NCBI GenBank assembly: GCA_013239625.1 | Contig: MU056050.1 | Coordinates: 4,597,366-4,661,365, forward strand | Length of the DNA stretch: 64,000 nt | From: Lama guanicoe | Taxonomy: Eukaryota | Direction: 5' to 3' | Part shown: positions 24,645-38,985 of the stretch, piece after piece | Layout: the number at the start of each line of letters is the position of its first letter | Position numbering within the stretch: position 1 is the stretch's first letter | Made by a program: the position numbers and the translations under genes | The notes under the pieces: model-generated | Told to the model about the DNA's origin: nothing | Seen by the model: only the letters and a program-made list of their open reading frames with translations | Databases searched by the model: none

Positions 24645-27600
24645 CTTTTTTTATTTTTACTTTTACAAGAGGTATAACATGAAAAAAGTACATAAAACAT
24701 AACTGTACAGTATGGTGATTGATTATAAAAGCAAGTACCTATATAAAAGCCACCAAAATCAATGAATAAAACATTGACAGCACCCCAGAAGCTACCAAAG
24801 TATCCCTTCTCAGATTGCTTTAACTACCCCATACCCTGCAGAAGTAAAACTATTCTTTTATGATAAGCACTTACTTGCTTTACTCTACAGCGTTAGCACT
24901 ATATATGAATCCTTAACAACATAATCTAATTTTATCTGGTTTTGAACTTTAAAAAAAAGATACAAGAATCTATATACCATTTTGTGCCCTTTTTCTTTTG
25001 TTATACATTAATTTGTAAGATTTATCCACATGTAGCAACATGTAGCTATACTTCATTTATGGTTGATTTTTAACTCCATTGCATAAAAATATTACAATAC
25101 ATGTATTCATTCAACTGTTGATGAACATTTGGTTGTTTTTACTCCAGGACCATTTGAAACAATGCTGCTGCTATGAATGCTATAATACATGCCACTAGGT
25201 GTACATTTGTAAACATTTCTCGATGGTGTATATCCAAGAATAGAACTCTGGTCAAAGGGAACACATTCCTGTAGCTGAACCAAACTGACTCCATTTTGTC
25301 AGCTCCTTCTTAGGCCTACAGTCCTACCCATTCCCCTTTCTGTGAGATTGAGCTTTAACCTACTCACAAGGAAAATGCCCAATCCAGAGAAGTTCCCTAT
25401 CAACTTCTACCCTTGCCTTCATCTGATATCAAAATTGAAAGATTGTCTTTTGCTGATGCAGATGGTTAATGGTCATCGGGGAATAATGGTTATGAGACCC
25501 CCCCACAAGGAAGAAAAATGTCTGGTTCCCATTGATGCAGACGTACTCCTCTCTTAGTAGTCAGATTCTATCCTTAGCTTTGGCCCCTTTAAATTCTCCT
25601 ATGCCCCTTCTGGCTGGGTGAAGTGCAGCTGCTTGTGCCTCTGGATCGTCCTCAGCCTTGACCTTGCCTGTATGTAATTTACCCACAATAAACTTCGTAA
25701 TTGCACTTTATGGAGTTGCCTTCTTCAGTTTTTAGTCTCAAAGTTCCATCTCAGTTTGAAGGATATTAATCAATATCCCCACTGCCCAATATCTGTTTAT
25801 TCAACTTCATTAGACAATGCCAAATTATTTTCCAAAATGGCAGCACTGATTGACAGTCACCAACAATATATAAGAAATTTCTTTTGCTCCACATCTGCAG
25901 TAAGTTTTGATGTTTTCAGGACTTTGAAAGTATTTTGCCAATCTAGTCGGTGTGATGTGACTTGCATTCCCATGATTTATTTATGATTTTGAGAACCTTT
26001 TCATATCTTTATTGCCCATTTTGATTTTGTCTTATGTGAAGTATGTATTCACTATTTTGGTCATTTTTCTATTGTATTGCTTGCCTATTTCTTATTGATT
26101 TGTAGGAGTTTTTATACCTTCTGGATATAGGTCTTTTTTCAGTTATACATTTTATAAATATCTTTTTATTCTGGTTAGGTTTTTCACTCTCTTTAAGATG
26201 AGTTTTGAATTAAATTATGCATTACAGTTAATGTAGCTAAATTCGGCGATTTTTTTTTTGTTATGCTGAGTGCTTTTGTATAATGTATGAGAAAAATTTC
26301 CTTACCCTGGAGTACTTAATATATTCTCCAATACGACCTTCTGAATGCTTTATAATTTTGCTTTTCACTTTTAGGTCGAAAATTAAATGGAGTTTTTTGC
26401 TGGGTATGCTCATCATTGATATATACATTTAAGACAACAAATTTTCTTCTATGTATAGTTTTAACTGTATCCTAGAATTTTACATTTAAAGTTTTAAGTA
26501 CTATTTAGATCAAATTATTCTAAATTCATTATAATGTTTTGTCATGTAGATTATTTGTAGTCGTATATTTAATTTCCAAATTGTGGAGAATAGTCTAGGT
26601 TTCTTTTTTGTGAATATTTCTAGCGTATCTGCATTGTGGTTAGAAAACATAGTTTGCATTATGTCAGCTTTTTAAAATGTGTTAAAGCTTGAAATGTATT
26701 GAAACTTGCTTTATTGCCCAGCAAGTGGCCAAGTTTTATACATATTTTTTTCTATTCTTGAAAATAATGTGTATTCTGCACTTTGGGTGCTGTGCCTTAT
26801 ATACGTAAACTACTTAAGAGTGTGTTAAACATATTGTTCAAATCTTACTAATTTCTGTGTACTTAACCTCTTAGTTACTTATTCAATTAGTTAATGAGAA
26901 ATAAGTGTTAAAATTATACCATATAATGATAGATTTCTCTATTTCTCCTTGTGCTTCTGTCAACTTTTGTTTTGCATATTTTGAAGTTAGATGAGTCAAT
27001 TCGTAGAAATATATAATTATTTTATCTTTTTGATGAACTGAATCTTTAAAAAAATCATTTTGAAGTATCTATATTTATGAAGTTTGCTTTAAAGTCTAAT
27101 CTTTCTGACTTTATTATAATAGCAGTAGCTTTCTTTCGATTTTTGTTTTTGTCATCTACCTTTTCCCATCATTTTATATTCAAATTTTTGCTCTCCTTAT
27201 ATTTTATATGGTAGCATTTAATTTTTAAAATTGATCTGACACTCATTGTGTTTTATGTAAATCTGTTGTCCTTTTATATTTAACATAATTACTGATATAT
27301 TTGAGCTTATATCCACCAGTTTATTATATACTTTCTATCTGTCTTAACCACCTTATGTGTCATTTACTCTTCTTTTGTTACTTTCTTTTGGATAATTTTT
27401 TATTATTCCAATATTCCCCTCTACTACTTAGGAATTTGTACACTTTTTCTATTCCTTTAAGGATTAAAACATACACCTTTAACTTCTCAAAGCATAACAA
27501 TACTCAGTATCTTTATCTTTCTTGCAGATGTTACAAGGACTTTAGAATTCTCTGAGACTTTTAAACTCATTCCAACTTAATCAGTTTAGATGCCATTGTT

Positions 27601-28700
27601 GTTTATCACAATCCCTCCCTCTCCTCTGGTATCTCTTTTATCTTATGCTTTCCTTCACTTTCTTCCCCTTCCTTGCTCATATATTTATATATGAGAGACA
27701 TAAAACCCTGGAACATATTATTGGTGTTTTATACAGCAAAATTCATGTAGTTCACTCACACAATTACACTCATTGTTTCTTGCATCATCTGAGATCATTT
27801 TCTTTCTTCCTGAAGTATATTGTCTAGATTTTCCTTTAGAATTTGTCTACATATATTGAACCTTATCAACTTTTCACCTGTCTTCCACAGTTTGTTCTCA
27901 GTTTTATATTTGTTTTTTTTAAATGTAATCTGTGAGATTTTTTTTCCTCTTGTAAGATTTTTGAATTGATTTTCTTGGGACTTCATATTAAGTGGATTTT
28001 TTAAAATGTATCTTTTGTTATTCATTATGTTTCTTAAATATGATGATTGATATCCTTCATCAATTCTTAAAAATTGTTAACTATTATTTTCTTCAGATAA
28101 TATTTTCTTCTACCTCTGCCCAGTTCTCCTTCCTGCTTGGGAGACTTAACTTCACATATGTTATACCTCCTTACTCTGTCTCTATGCCTCTTACCTTCTC
28201 TTCTGTATTTTTTCTCTTTTCTCTTTATGTTTTATTCTGTGTAGCTCATCACTTCTAATCTTCCAATTCACTATTTGTTTACTTATGTCTAATTTAATAT
28301 TAAACTCACCAACTGAGTTCTTAATTTTGGATATATTATTTTCCAGTTTTAAAATATGTATTTGGTTCCTGTTTCAAAATATATATGTATTCTACATCCT
28401 AATCAGTGTTTTTAATATTGGATTTATTTTAAAATATGGAGCATAATTGTTTTAAATGCTTTTTTAAAATGATAATTCTAGTATCAAAAATCATTGTGAG
28501 TATGATTTTTCTATTTTTTTAGTTGAATGTCTCATCTCTTTTCCTCAGGTCACTGATAATCTTGGCCTTATTCTGGATATTTAATTTGAAAAAAATTGTG
28601 TTAATATTTTGAAGACTTGGAAGACATCTTCTTCTGGAGAATGTTTATTTTGCTTTACTTAGGTAACTAGGGGCACTACAAATTCCAACCCATTCTAATC
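24645..28700 (-). mobile_element. Long, highly degraded old L1 region (L1M class) interrupted by an LTR
   Basis: T-rich strand with antisense L1 3' UTR and ORF2 relics: aaacattgacagcaccccagaag, tgttgatgaacatttggttg, gtgtattctgca, tatttctccttgtgcttctgtcaacttttg. Confidence 0.65.
25270..25790 (+). mobile_element. ERV solo LTR nested in old L1
   Basis: Starts TGTAG..., gactccattttg LTR-start motif, internal AATAAA near 25688, GC-richer than flanks; 3' boundary uncertain. Confidence 0.6.
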
Positions 28701-28859
28701 CAAGTTTAAGGTTTGAGGTTTCCTAGACTAGCCAGGTAATACAAAATTGAGCTGCAGGTCCAACATTTATTTCCAAGTCACCTCTACTGGTGGGCAGTCA
28801 TTTGGTGTTCCAGATCAAAGTACGATGAAATTAGTCAGAATTCTCATCCTTGGAGTGTG

Positions 28860-29444
28860 CAGTAGGCGTAGGCAGAATTCTAAGATGGCCCCCCTAATTG
28901 TCACTTTTTGCTATTTATGCCATTGTGTCATCCACTTCCCTTGATTGTGGACAGAAACTGTGACTTGCTTCTAGCCAATAGAAAATGGTTAAAGTAAGGC
29001 TATTGTGCAGATTTAATTAAGTTCCCTAATCAGCTGAGTTTGAGTTCATCAAAGAAGATGAATCGTGGTGGGTCTGACATAATCAGGTGAAACATTTAAC
29101 AAAGGATCCAGTCTTTCCCCGAAATTAGAGACTCAAAATACAGAGTCTCTCCATTGCTGACTCTGAAGAAGCAAATTTACATGAATTCTACAGCTGAAAG
29201 GAAACAATTCTGCCCAAAAAAAACCAAGGAAGTTTGGAGGTGCATCCTTCCTTTACTGAGCCTCCAAATGAGAATGCAGCTCAGCTAACACCTTGATGTC
29301 AGCCCTGTGAGACTGTTAGAAGGGACATCCATCTAAACTATGCACAGAATTCTGACCTACAGAAACTATGTGATAATAAATAAGTTTTATTTTAAGCCAC
29401 AATGTTTGTGGTAATTTGTTATGTGGCAATGCAAAACTAATACA
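28860..29444 (+). mobile_element. MaLR LTR (MLT1 family)
   Basis: taggcagaattctaagatggcccc start and ttttaagccac...tttgtggtaatttgttatgtggcaat...aactaataca end. Confidence 0.85.
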
Positions 29445-31617
29445 ATGAGGTCTGACCTTTTTGAGATCTTAGCTTTCTCTCAAGTCCTTTTAGGCCATTT
29501 ACAATGCAGTTCAACTCACCTGAAACTATTTCTTCCAGATCTGCAAGTATTCCTTTGGAAAAGCAGCACTTACTGCTCTACTTATGTTTATTCCTCTGGA
29601 ATCTCCTATTCTAACTATTTTTTTTAACAACTCCTCACTACTTGTTAGCAGTAAGATGTTTTTAAGGATACATATTTCAGCCTCAGTGAGCTAGTTGGTA
29701 TAACTTAAGTAGATTATCATTACTCGTCAATGGAGAATGGTTCCTGCCAACACTTTGAGTCAGGATCTCTGGCTTTTGAATGAACTTGTTTAGCTATTCA
29801 ACACCCTTTCATAAATTAATTTTGTCTGCTTATGTTGTTCAGAGTCAGTTTTTGTTGCTCATAAACATGAATCTTGATTAATTCCAGATGTAATAAGCTA
29901 AATAGGAAGTTAGCTATGTTCAGTGGATAACTAGGGAGAAAAATGCACATATACTTAGAAAATATTTAATGGGAATAAACAAAGATATACTGATAGTAAT
30001 TGTATTGGTGGAAAGGTAGGTGATTTCTTTATTCTTTCTATTATTGTAAATATTTTAATAATGAGCATGTACTTATTGTATGATATAAAACACTATATAA
30101 ACAATACACACAACTAGCAAGAGTCTTAGTAGTAGAGTTTTATAATCATCATTGGTTGTTAATGTTGTTTAGATACTATACGTGCATTATTGAGTGGTTG
30201 TATTATACTTAAGTTATATGTTAGAATAATTAGTCAAAACTCAGGCCTCAAATCCCAATTATCTGTCCTTGTTGGAGATGCTTTTCCTTATTCTGCAACT
30301 GCTCATACCCCCTCAACCTTATCTCTGATTAATAAAAGCTGTCTTTAGGAAACTCATTTATACTAAGCAATGTATTTTTTAAACTGTTAACTACTCACTT
30401 AATTACATTTTAAGTAGAGATGAGGTTAAAAGTGGAAAATTGTGACAAAAATTTCAACAATAAGCTAATTGTTTGGTATGATAAATAGTACCCCTCATGC
30501 AATTTGCCTTTACATAAAGCTGGGCCTCTAAATTATTATATTTAATTTGCCCTGGGGTGGGAGGCATTGTACAATAAGATTGAATATCCCTGGGCCATCA
30601 TGTAAATGTAAATTTTCTTTGTCTGAAATTATTGATGGGGCTACAGAAGGTACAAAAGAAAATTAGCTGAATCCTTATTGACGCCATGCCATTCCTCTGG
30701 AAGTGTTTTGTGGATAAATCTCTGTAATCAGCATATTTTAAAATTTTTCCATTTCTGCAAAAAATGAAGAATTAGTTGGAAGGGATGGTTAATTGAGGGT
30801 TCTGGTTATTTGGGTTCTAATTATTTTAGTTGTTTCTGCATTAAGATATTTATTTTCCAGGTTTATGATTTCAGACACAAATTACTGTTTATTTAGTTAA
30901 GAACGTGTATTTCAGCTGGAACAGGAATATTTTGGAATGAATCTAAATGCAGGAGGGCATCTTTTTTTCCTCCCGTTTTCATTGCAGCAGCTGTGTTTCT
31001 ACCCATTTATTTTCTACATATTTGGTACTTTACTCAACAAATTATATTTTTCAGTCTTTCTATAACAACCAGAGATTTTTAAAATATATATTCAGGCTTG
31101 CTATCAGTATATTATATCACACTGTATAGTTCAAAAAAGATACACAAAACATAAGAAAGGAGTTCCACATAGGAGTCACACAGTGGTGAAAGATGCTCTA
31201 CACTGAGGAGACTGTTGAGAGTGGATAAATTGTATACATTAGAGAGAATAATGCATGAGCAGAGGGTAGTTATAAGTGCAAATATAGTTTGAGAGATCCT
31301 ATAGAAGGGGGATGTTGGTAGACATCATTAGAGAAACTTTCAAATAAATTAGTAGGCATAATCATTACTTCTCCAAGTGCTAGCCTTTATAGAAAGAATA
31401 GAACCTACACCATTAAATACACAACTGAAAATTTATGGTAAATGAGTGTTTTTCCATTTTTGCTGCTAAGTAGACATCAACATGGCTAGTAATTTTACTT
31501 TACCTTAAATGATCTCTTACATAAGTGGCTGTGAAAGAGAAAATTGCATATGCATGGGCCATGTCTATCTTGTCCATCACTGTATCTCCAGTACTAAGCA
31601 TAGTTCCTTGCACATAG

Positions 31618-32202
31618 TGAATGAGGAATAATAAAATGGCCGCACTTAGGCTAACAGATTGCTTATTCTTATGCTTGCCCTTATAATGGTCAATGGACTT
31701 GACCGACCGGTTGCTACCCACAGCTCCAGGCCCGTTGTTAAAACTAAAGCCATTGATTACTGTTTCTACTTTATTCCAGTAATTGAAAGTAAAAATCATG
31801 CTTGGTCTCTGAGTCATTCTCCAAGGAGGAGGTCACAGGACTGTAACCTTACAAAATAGCCTCAATTACCAAGAAGACCACACCATGAGTGCTTATAAAA
31901 TAAAGAGATCTAACCACTAGCCTCTATAGAATTGGTCACCTGGAGGCATCATGACGCCATTCTAAGTCTTCTGATGAGAAAATGATTCTGTTGATTGTTA
32001 TCAATGCTTTGTTGTTTAAGCTATGGCTATATAATCACCCTGCCCTGTCCCCAAGGTGGGTTCACAGCATTGAAGGCACTAACCTGCTGTGAGTCCCCTT
32101 TGCCCAGCAAAGTAATAAAGCTGCCTCTTTTCTTCTAAGCTCCAAGACTGGGTCTCTGAGTTATTTGGCTTGTCAGGGACAGGGGCCCATCTTTTGGCAA
32201 CA
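31618..32202 (+). mobile_element. ERV1-class solo LTR (585 bp) with 4-bp TSD, inserted in an L2 tail
   Basis: TG...CA ends, TATA-like ctatataa, AATAAA near 32115, TSD ATAG at 31614-31617 and 32203-32206. Confidence 0.85.
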
Positions 32203-33534
32203 ATAGTAGGAGATAAATACCTGTTCACTGAATGAAAAGATGACTCCTTGGGTCTATCTGATTCTTCTCATTGGATTCTGTGTCAAATACTAAAAAGTGG
32301 ATATCATTTTTGACATATGCTTGCAGTAAAAAAGATATTGAGCCAGACTGTATTACCAGTAGTGGGAACTAGGGACAATTAGATATGAAAATAGGCACTT
32401 ATGCTGTACAATTGGATTCTGGTTAATGGTTTCCTTTCTTTTTATAAAGTGCTTTGATTAAAGTTAACTGGGAACTAGCTATAGACTGGGATTTGCCAAA
32501 TCTAGGTTATTTTTTATAGACAAATCCTGTTTATGTCACTGGTCCACAGAACTGGATTAAAAGGAATAAGGCATAAAAGCAAAACAAAGAGCCTCTTTTT
32601 CTCAATAATGATTATGAATATGACATTTGCTACTGGAAAACGCAAAGAGTTGTAATAGCCTTGAATAATCCTAATGTTTGGATACCTGGCAGAAAAGATC
32701 TATAGAGAGTTTACTTTTTCAGCAAGGTTGTAGACTACAAAAATAATAGTTTTAACTAGGCCTACTAACATATATTAGCATAGCATTTGCATTCAAATGT
32801 GTCCAAGACAATTGTTCCCTCTGAAAATAATTTGTGAAATCAAGAAAACTTATTGGCTCTGTTGCTAGAGGTGGAGGGGGTAGAAAGGGAGAGGGAAAAC
32901 TTGCTGGATCTTCTGTTACTGAAATTCAACCTACCTGATCTCTGGCAACAATAATTTATTTAACTTGAGGCTACAGAACATCACCGAGATGAGAGCAAAG
33001 AATAGATTAAATTTAATTGCTATGTATGCCACAATTGTTCTGTATAAATAAGGAAATAAAATTCAGCATCAGATAAAAGCCACTCCAATCCCTTCAGATT
33101 AAGTAATAAATTAAAAAATACTTAAGGAAAGTAATGCTCAAATTTCATGTTATCCTCACAATGCCAAACCAGACATTGCCATGTTAGCCAAATTTGTGTA
33201 TAACAGAAGTCTTAACAGTGTCATTATGAAAGGATAGATTACATTTTTTCTATCACCTATAATTAGTTTTGTGGTTGTTCAGAGCCAATTTAATCTCCTT
33301 GATCCTCCTTAGGCAACAGGTAAACAGAATGATTTCAAAGTGGATTAAAATTAGAATCCTTTTCTCTCTTGACTTAGTGCAATATTTCACAAAATTACAT
33401 TTGGAATTACCCCCGAAGATGGTTTTCTGTGTGTAAATTAATAGCTGGATTAAAACTGAAAAGTTCAACCAAACTGAAGTTACAATGAATTGAATAGGGA
33501 AAAGACAGAGGAAACATTACAAGCCCCACTTTAT

Positions 33535-34240
33535 AAATTCATTCACTGATTCATCCATTCATCAAGTATTTACAGAGTACCTACTATAAGCCAGGTGCTG
33601 GGAATATACTAGTAAACAAGGTAGATAAGGCTATGCAAGTAAATAAATAAATAATCCAATAATACAACTTCACATAGTGGTAAGTACAATGAAGGGACTA
33701 AAACAAGGTGGTGTGATTGTGACCGACAGTCACTTTCTCGGGTTGTGGTGGTGTCTAATTTCCATTGAGCGCTGAGGGAAGGACTTTCTGAGGTAGTGGT
33801 ACTTGAGCTATAGTCTTAATAATGAGGCGCCGGTGTGACAGAAGAGCATTGCTGACAGAGAAAACAGACAACGCACCAGTACTGAGGCGGGATGATTGTG
33901 AGCTTAGTTGTTTGAAGAAAATAGAAATTATGGTTGGAGTTTCTGAGCCAAGGAGAAGAGGAGAGTAGTCTGAGCTGTCTCGGAGAGGTAAGCAAGGCTA
34001 AGGAATGCAGTACCTATGGATCGTTGTAAGCAATTCCACTTCATTCTCTGTGCAATAGGAAACGTGATCACGCGGGGTTAGTCAAGGGAGTAACATGACG
34101 TGATTATACTTACCCTGAGTACTGTGTGAGAATGTGAGTAGGGGAGGAGGCCAGACTAAATGGAGAAAAGCCAGTTATGAGGGCTTTGTAGAAATTCAGG
34201 TGGAAGAAGACAATGTCTTAAAGTACAGTAATTGCAGTGA
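33535..34240 (-). mobile_element. L2 LINE 3' fragment
   Basis: ttcattcactgattcatccattcatcaagtatttacagagtacctactataagccagg (L2 3' end in antisense) followed by purine-rich L2 body. Confidence 0.75.
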
Positions 34241-34316
34241 AAGATACTAATCGAGAGTCTACCTTAAGCCATAACATAGAAAATGTGCTGTATCTACTCA
34301 GTTGAGATTAAACATG

Positions 34317-34660
34317 TGTCAGTGAAAAACATTTCCAGCCATATCAATAAACAAAGAATGCTGTGGCCATCAAGTCATCAGCTGCTATCAACACCCCCCT
34401 GACAGTGAGCGGAGGGAACTCAGGATGGAGACAAAGAGGCAGCCCAGCCTCTGCTGCCACCCCCAGTGGTACCCCCTGAGGGAACTCACGATGGGAAAGA
34501 ACAGGATGCTGGCCCTAGATAGTTAGGTGCTTATCAAAGGAATGATTTCAATGAGCCCAGACCTCTGCACCTTCCCATACATAGAAAAGAACAAAATTCC
34601 TGAACATGAGATACCTGGTTTCCTTTAATTAACAGTAACTTTTGATGTTCCAACTAGCTG
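34317..34660 (+). mobile_element. ERV1-type LTR fragment
   Basis: tgtcagtgaaaaac start, duplicated gagggaactca(g/c)gatgg U3-like repeats, ccctagatagttagg...aggaatgatttcaatgagcccagac motif recalled from artiodactyl LTRs. Confidence 0.6.
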
Positions 34661-35760
34661 GTCAAACTCCTCCTTGAGTTTGAATAATTTGCTCAAGCAA
34701 CGCACAGAACTCAGAGAGAAACATTTTTACTGACTAGATCTCTGGTTTATTATAAAAGGATGTAAGTCAGGAACAGCCAGATGGAAGAGATGCACAGGCA
34801 ATGCATGGGGAAAGGGCACAGAGCTTCTGGGCCCTCTCCAGGCCTCTCTCTTTTCCAGCACCTCAATGTCTTCACCAAGCCAGAAGCTCTCTGAACCCCA
34901 ATTATTTTTTGGTTTTTTGTTTTTGAAATACAATTGATTTACAATGTTATATTAGTTTCAGGTATACAACATAGTTACCTGGTATTTTTATACATTCTGA
35001 AAATTATCACTACTATGAGTCTAGTTACCATTTGTCACCAAAGTTATTACAATATTATTCACTATATTCTCTATTATGTACATTACATCCCACTGCATAT
35101 TTATTTTCTAGCTGGAACTTTGTACCTCTCAATAACCTTCACCTATTTCACTCACCTCTCCACTCTCCTACCCTCTGGCAACCACTATATTGTTCTCTGT
35201 ATTTGTAAGTCTGTTTCTGTTTTGTTATGCTTGTTCGTTTGTTTCATCTTTTAGATTTTAAATATAAGTGAAATAATACAGTATTTGTCTTTCTTATTTC
35301 ACTTAGCATAATACCCCCTAGGTCTATCTCATGGAAGCTTTATTACATAGGCATGATTGATTACATCATTGGCCACTGGCAATTGGTTCAACCTCCAGCC
35401 CCTCTCCCCTCCCAGGAGACCTTCTAATCACATGGTTGTTTCTCCTGGCAACCGGCCTCCATCCTTAGCTATTTTCCAAACATCACTTCATTAACATAGA
35501 CCCAGTTGTGGTGGAAAGGGGCTTAGTATGAATAACAAGACACCCATTTATTTACCCTTATGGCTCTTAATCAACTTCAGAAACTGAGAAGAGACCATCA
35601 TGACCATATTATGATGAAACATACTCGCATTGCTCTTATCGCTCAGGAAATTTGAAGGGTAATGAAAGCTGTGAGCCAGGAACCATGGAAGACAAAATAT
35701 ATGTGTAAAATATATTTTGGTCATCTGAAATATCTATTTCTTATGTGTCACAATATCACA
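34661..35760 (-). mobile_element. MER21-like LTR interrupted by an L1 3' end
   Basis: ataatttgct...cacagaactcag...ggtttattataaaaggat...cagccagatggaagagatgca; ends cacaatatcaca. Confidence 0.65.
34918..35330 (-). mobile_element. L1 3' UTR fragment nested in the MER21-like LTR
   Basis: Poly-T then attgatttacaatgttatattagtttcaggtatacaac...ctctggcaaccact...cacttagcataatacccc. Confidence 0.85.
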
Positions 35761-36103
35761 TAATCACATCCTTGTATTGATCCTCAAGTACTCTTTCCCC
35801 TTTCTTATTTCATTATACTCACTTGGTGAAATACAAACTTCAATAATTATAGTTTTCTATCTGCTCTGTGACAACACTTATGCAACTGAATATAGCTGGA
35901 GGAAAACCCACAACTGGTCCTGTGTTAAATTCGTAATTGCTAACTTTAAGTGGGCCTTACATGATCCCTGGCAGCCATCTTTAGTTTCCCTAGGGTATTT
36001 ACCCTCTTCTAAACTACAGTATTATATTCAAATGGATACTCGTAACTCCATTCGGATGTCTAATAGGCATTTCAAACTTAACACAATCAAAACTAAAATT
36101 TTC

Positions 36104-36300
36104 CTACTATATATAAAATAGATAAAGAATAAATTTCTTCTGTATAGCACAGGGAACTATATTCAATATCTTTTGGTAGCTTATACTGAAAAAGAATATG
36201 AAAAAGAATATATATTTGTATATGTATGACTGAAACATTATGCTGTACACCAGAAATTGACACATTGTAACTGATTGTACTTAAACTAAAAAAAAAAAAA
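36104..36300 (+). mobile_element. L1 3'-end fragment with polyA, inserted in L2 sequence
   Basis: ctgtatagcacagggaactatattcaatatc...tgctgtacaccagaaattgacacattgtaactga plus an A tract; imperfect flanking repeat aaaactaaaatttt/aaacctaagatttt. Confidence 0.85.
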
Positions 36301-38985
36301 ACCTAAGATTTTTATCTCCCTTCACCTCTAAGACCTGCTTATATTGCAACGTACCCATTTCAACAAATGGAAATCGAATTCTTCCAGTTTGTTGAGGAGG
36401 AAGAAGTGTTCCTCTGCCTTTCTAGGTTTTTCCATCTGGTCTAAGAATTAAATTGACATGAGACAGACTAACAGCAGGATATCAAACAAAGTCACTTCCA
36501 AGTAGATCCTAAATTTTTTTTATTCATCTCAAACTCTTTACTGTCCCCCATCAACTAACTCCTGTGAGAGAGGTAATAAAAAGGCAGAAAAATTGAAATG
36601 ATAGCTTCTTTGTGTATGTTCTGGGTCCTCTACCCTGTAAAAACTCCAAATTATGTAACACTTGTCATGGTACATTTTTATACAAATATTCTCATATACT
36701 TAGACCCTGGAGTCTAGCTGAGTTGATCTATATTCCATTTTCTCTATAATCTAGGCAATACATGAAATTCTTACTTCAAAATTTCTTTAAACTCAACTGA
36801 CAGAAAAGATTATGGAATACATATAATAACTCATATGTGAACTTCTTGAATAACAAAAATTGTTTGCTAATCTTGGTGTTCATGCCCATTCAGTTCATGG
36901 TCGTCCACAGTAGTTGAAAACATCACTCACTAGAAGCCATGCTTTGACTGCCCTAAAAAAAGCTGCACTGGATGAATATTTATTAGCATATGCTGCTCAC
37001 CCCTTCCTTTGAACTAAGTGTAAAGTAGCATCCAGTTTTGGAGATGGGCAAGAGAAGAAAACTTTTATTTTCAATCTTAATGTAATTTTTTTTTTACTTC
37101 CTCAGCACTGAAACATTCATTTCCAAGATGGTCAAGCTGTGATTTTCTCTATTATGATCTGGGAATCAACAGCTCAAACAATAGCCACTGGATGCTTAAT
37201 GACTTTTTAAATTATGTTTCTCGCACCATGCAAGCCTTAATAATTTCACCTCAGTGAGGAAAGCGTCTTTCTTTGGTGATTATCATCTTCGCTGACTCAT
37301 TTCTGTATGCCTCTAGCTCTATCCATTTCACCTTCACCTGGGGACCTTTTCCTTTCCATACATTTCCCTTGTTCTATCACACTTCCCATAGTACATGTGT
37401 ATTTTTGCTGCTGATGCAGCTCTTGTCACTTAGTGTAGTATTAAAGTCTGGAGTTCAGTTTGAGAGCTCCAAGTCAAGAATTGTGAAGACATGTTTAAGA
37501 TTACTTCAAATGTCAAGTTCTATTATTCTGCTATACTTTGAAAACTGAGGATTAAACAACTGGGAAATTAAGAAAAAAGACACAAGACCTTTCACTTACT
37601 TTAATTAAACTCTTCCTAAGTAGCTGCGATATGTCAGGCACTATTCTAAGTACTCTGCAATATATGGACTGAAAAGCTCGCTGTAAATAAATATCTAAAT
37701 AATGGAGTTCTTCAACAAAGAAATAAATGAAGGACATAAGATCACTTTTGCTGGAAATCATTAAAATTACAATACTCATCTGTCTAAACTAGTTTAGAGA
37801 CAGTCTCACCTGAAGGCAAGGGGATCGACCGGACAAGCTCTTAAGATATCCTCCAGACTCGAATCCATAATCTTCCAATAAAATAGACATTGATCTGAAT
37901 GCTTGATCCTTGTGGGTTAGAGCAGTGGAAGAAAAAACATTGCCATGTCAATTTAGAGCGAAGAAATTTATTTTGATAGGTTTACTCTCCTTTCATTTAA
38001 TTTTTTCCCTCCAGACACTTTTTTATTCCCTTTATTGAGTTTGTTTATATAGCAAGCCCATGGTATTGAGCTCCTTTCCCCTGAAACTTTTTGTAAAGGG
38101 ATACTAAGATGACTGAGAAGTTCAATTAGGTTTAAATTAATTTTTGCAAGTTGCCTGTGCATGCCAGAGTTCCCCAAACACCTCTTTTTTAAATGAATTA
38201 TTTGATTATTTAAGCCAGGAGACAACAAATTGAATAAGAAAAAGAAAACTTGCATTCTAAAAAAGAAATCAGATTTTGTAAGGTTCCAAGGGGCTATTAG
38301 AATCAACTCTTTAAGAAACAAACAGCATTTTATATGGATCTTATACTCTGCTTCTTAGCCTGTGGTAGAAATAATATTAACTTTAGATGTCTATCAAGAA
38401 TCACATTGATTCTATTGTTAGTCTATCATCATATGGTTTTAATCTCTGTACAATACCATGACATATCGTTATATCCAAAAGAACTTACTATAAACTGCAA
38501 TTCCCATTAGCTATCTAAAATTGCCCCAAAAGTGTATTTTGTTTGTTTACCATTAGTCTTTCTATTGCTCTTCATTTAGTATTAATTATTTCAAGATATA
38601 AAGAGAACATATCATTTCAATAATCTAAACCCAAACAATAAGTGTACGTTGCATCTGACTGTGATTTCTCTTCTAGCTTTGGCACTGGTCTGTCCTTCAT
38701 GCTGTCTTTTCACTCAGACTCATCAGTTCCTATTCTGTTTGTTTTTAGCAAAAGAACTGGACATACGAAATTTCTATTTTAAAACAACAGCTGGAATCTT
38801 ACCTGGCTTCAGATTTCTAAGAAAATTTTTCCTCTTTTAGGCCAGATACAACCTAATTGTGAATTTCCCTTTATTCAAAGATATTGCTTATTTCCCAATA
38901 TCTTCAAAAAATACTATAAATACTTCTAAAACTATACTTCTAAAAAAATACTTCTAAAACTATAGTGTTGTTGATTTGCAACCAC

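Noticed and set aside
38918..38963. Repeated atacttctaaaa units, and the 24-bp and 18-bp duplications, as a CRISPR-like array
   Set aside because: Only 2-3 adjacent units with no unique spacers, in eukaryotic DNA; simple slippage.
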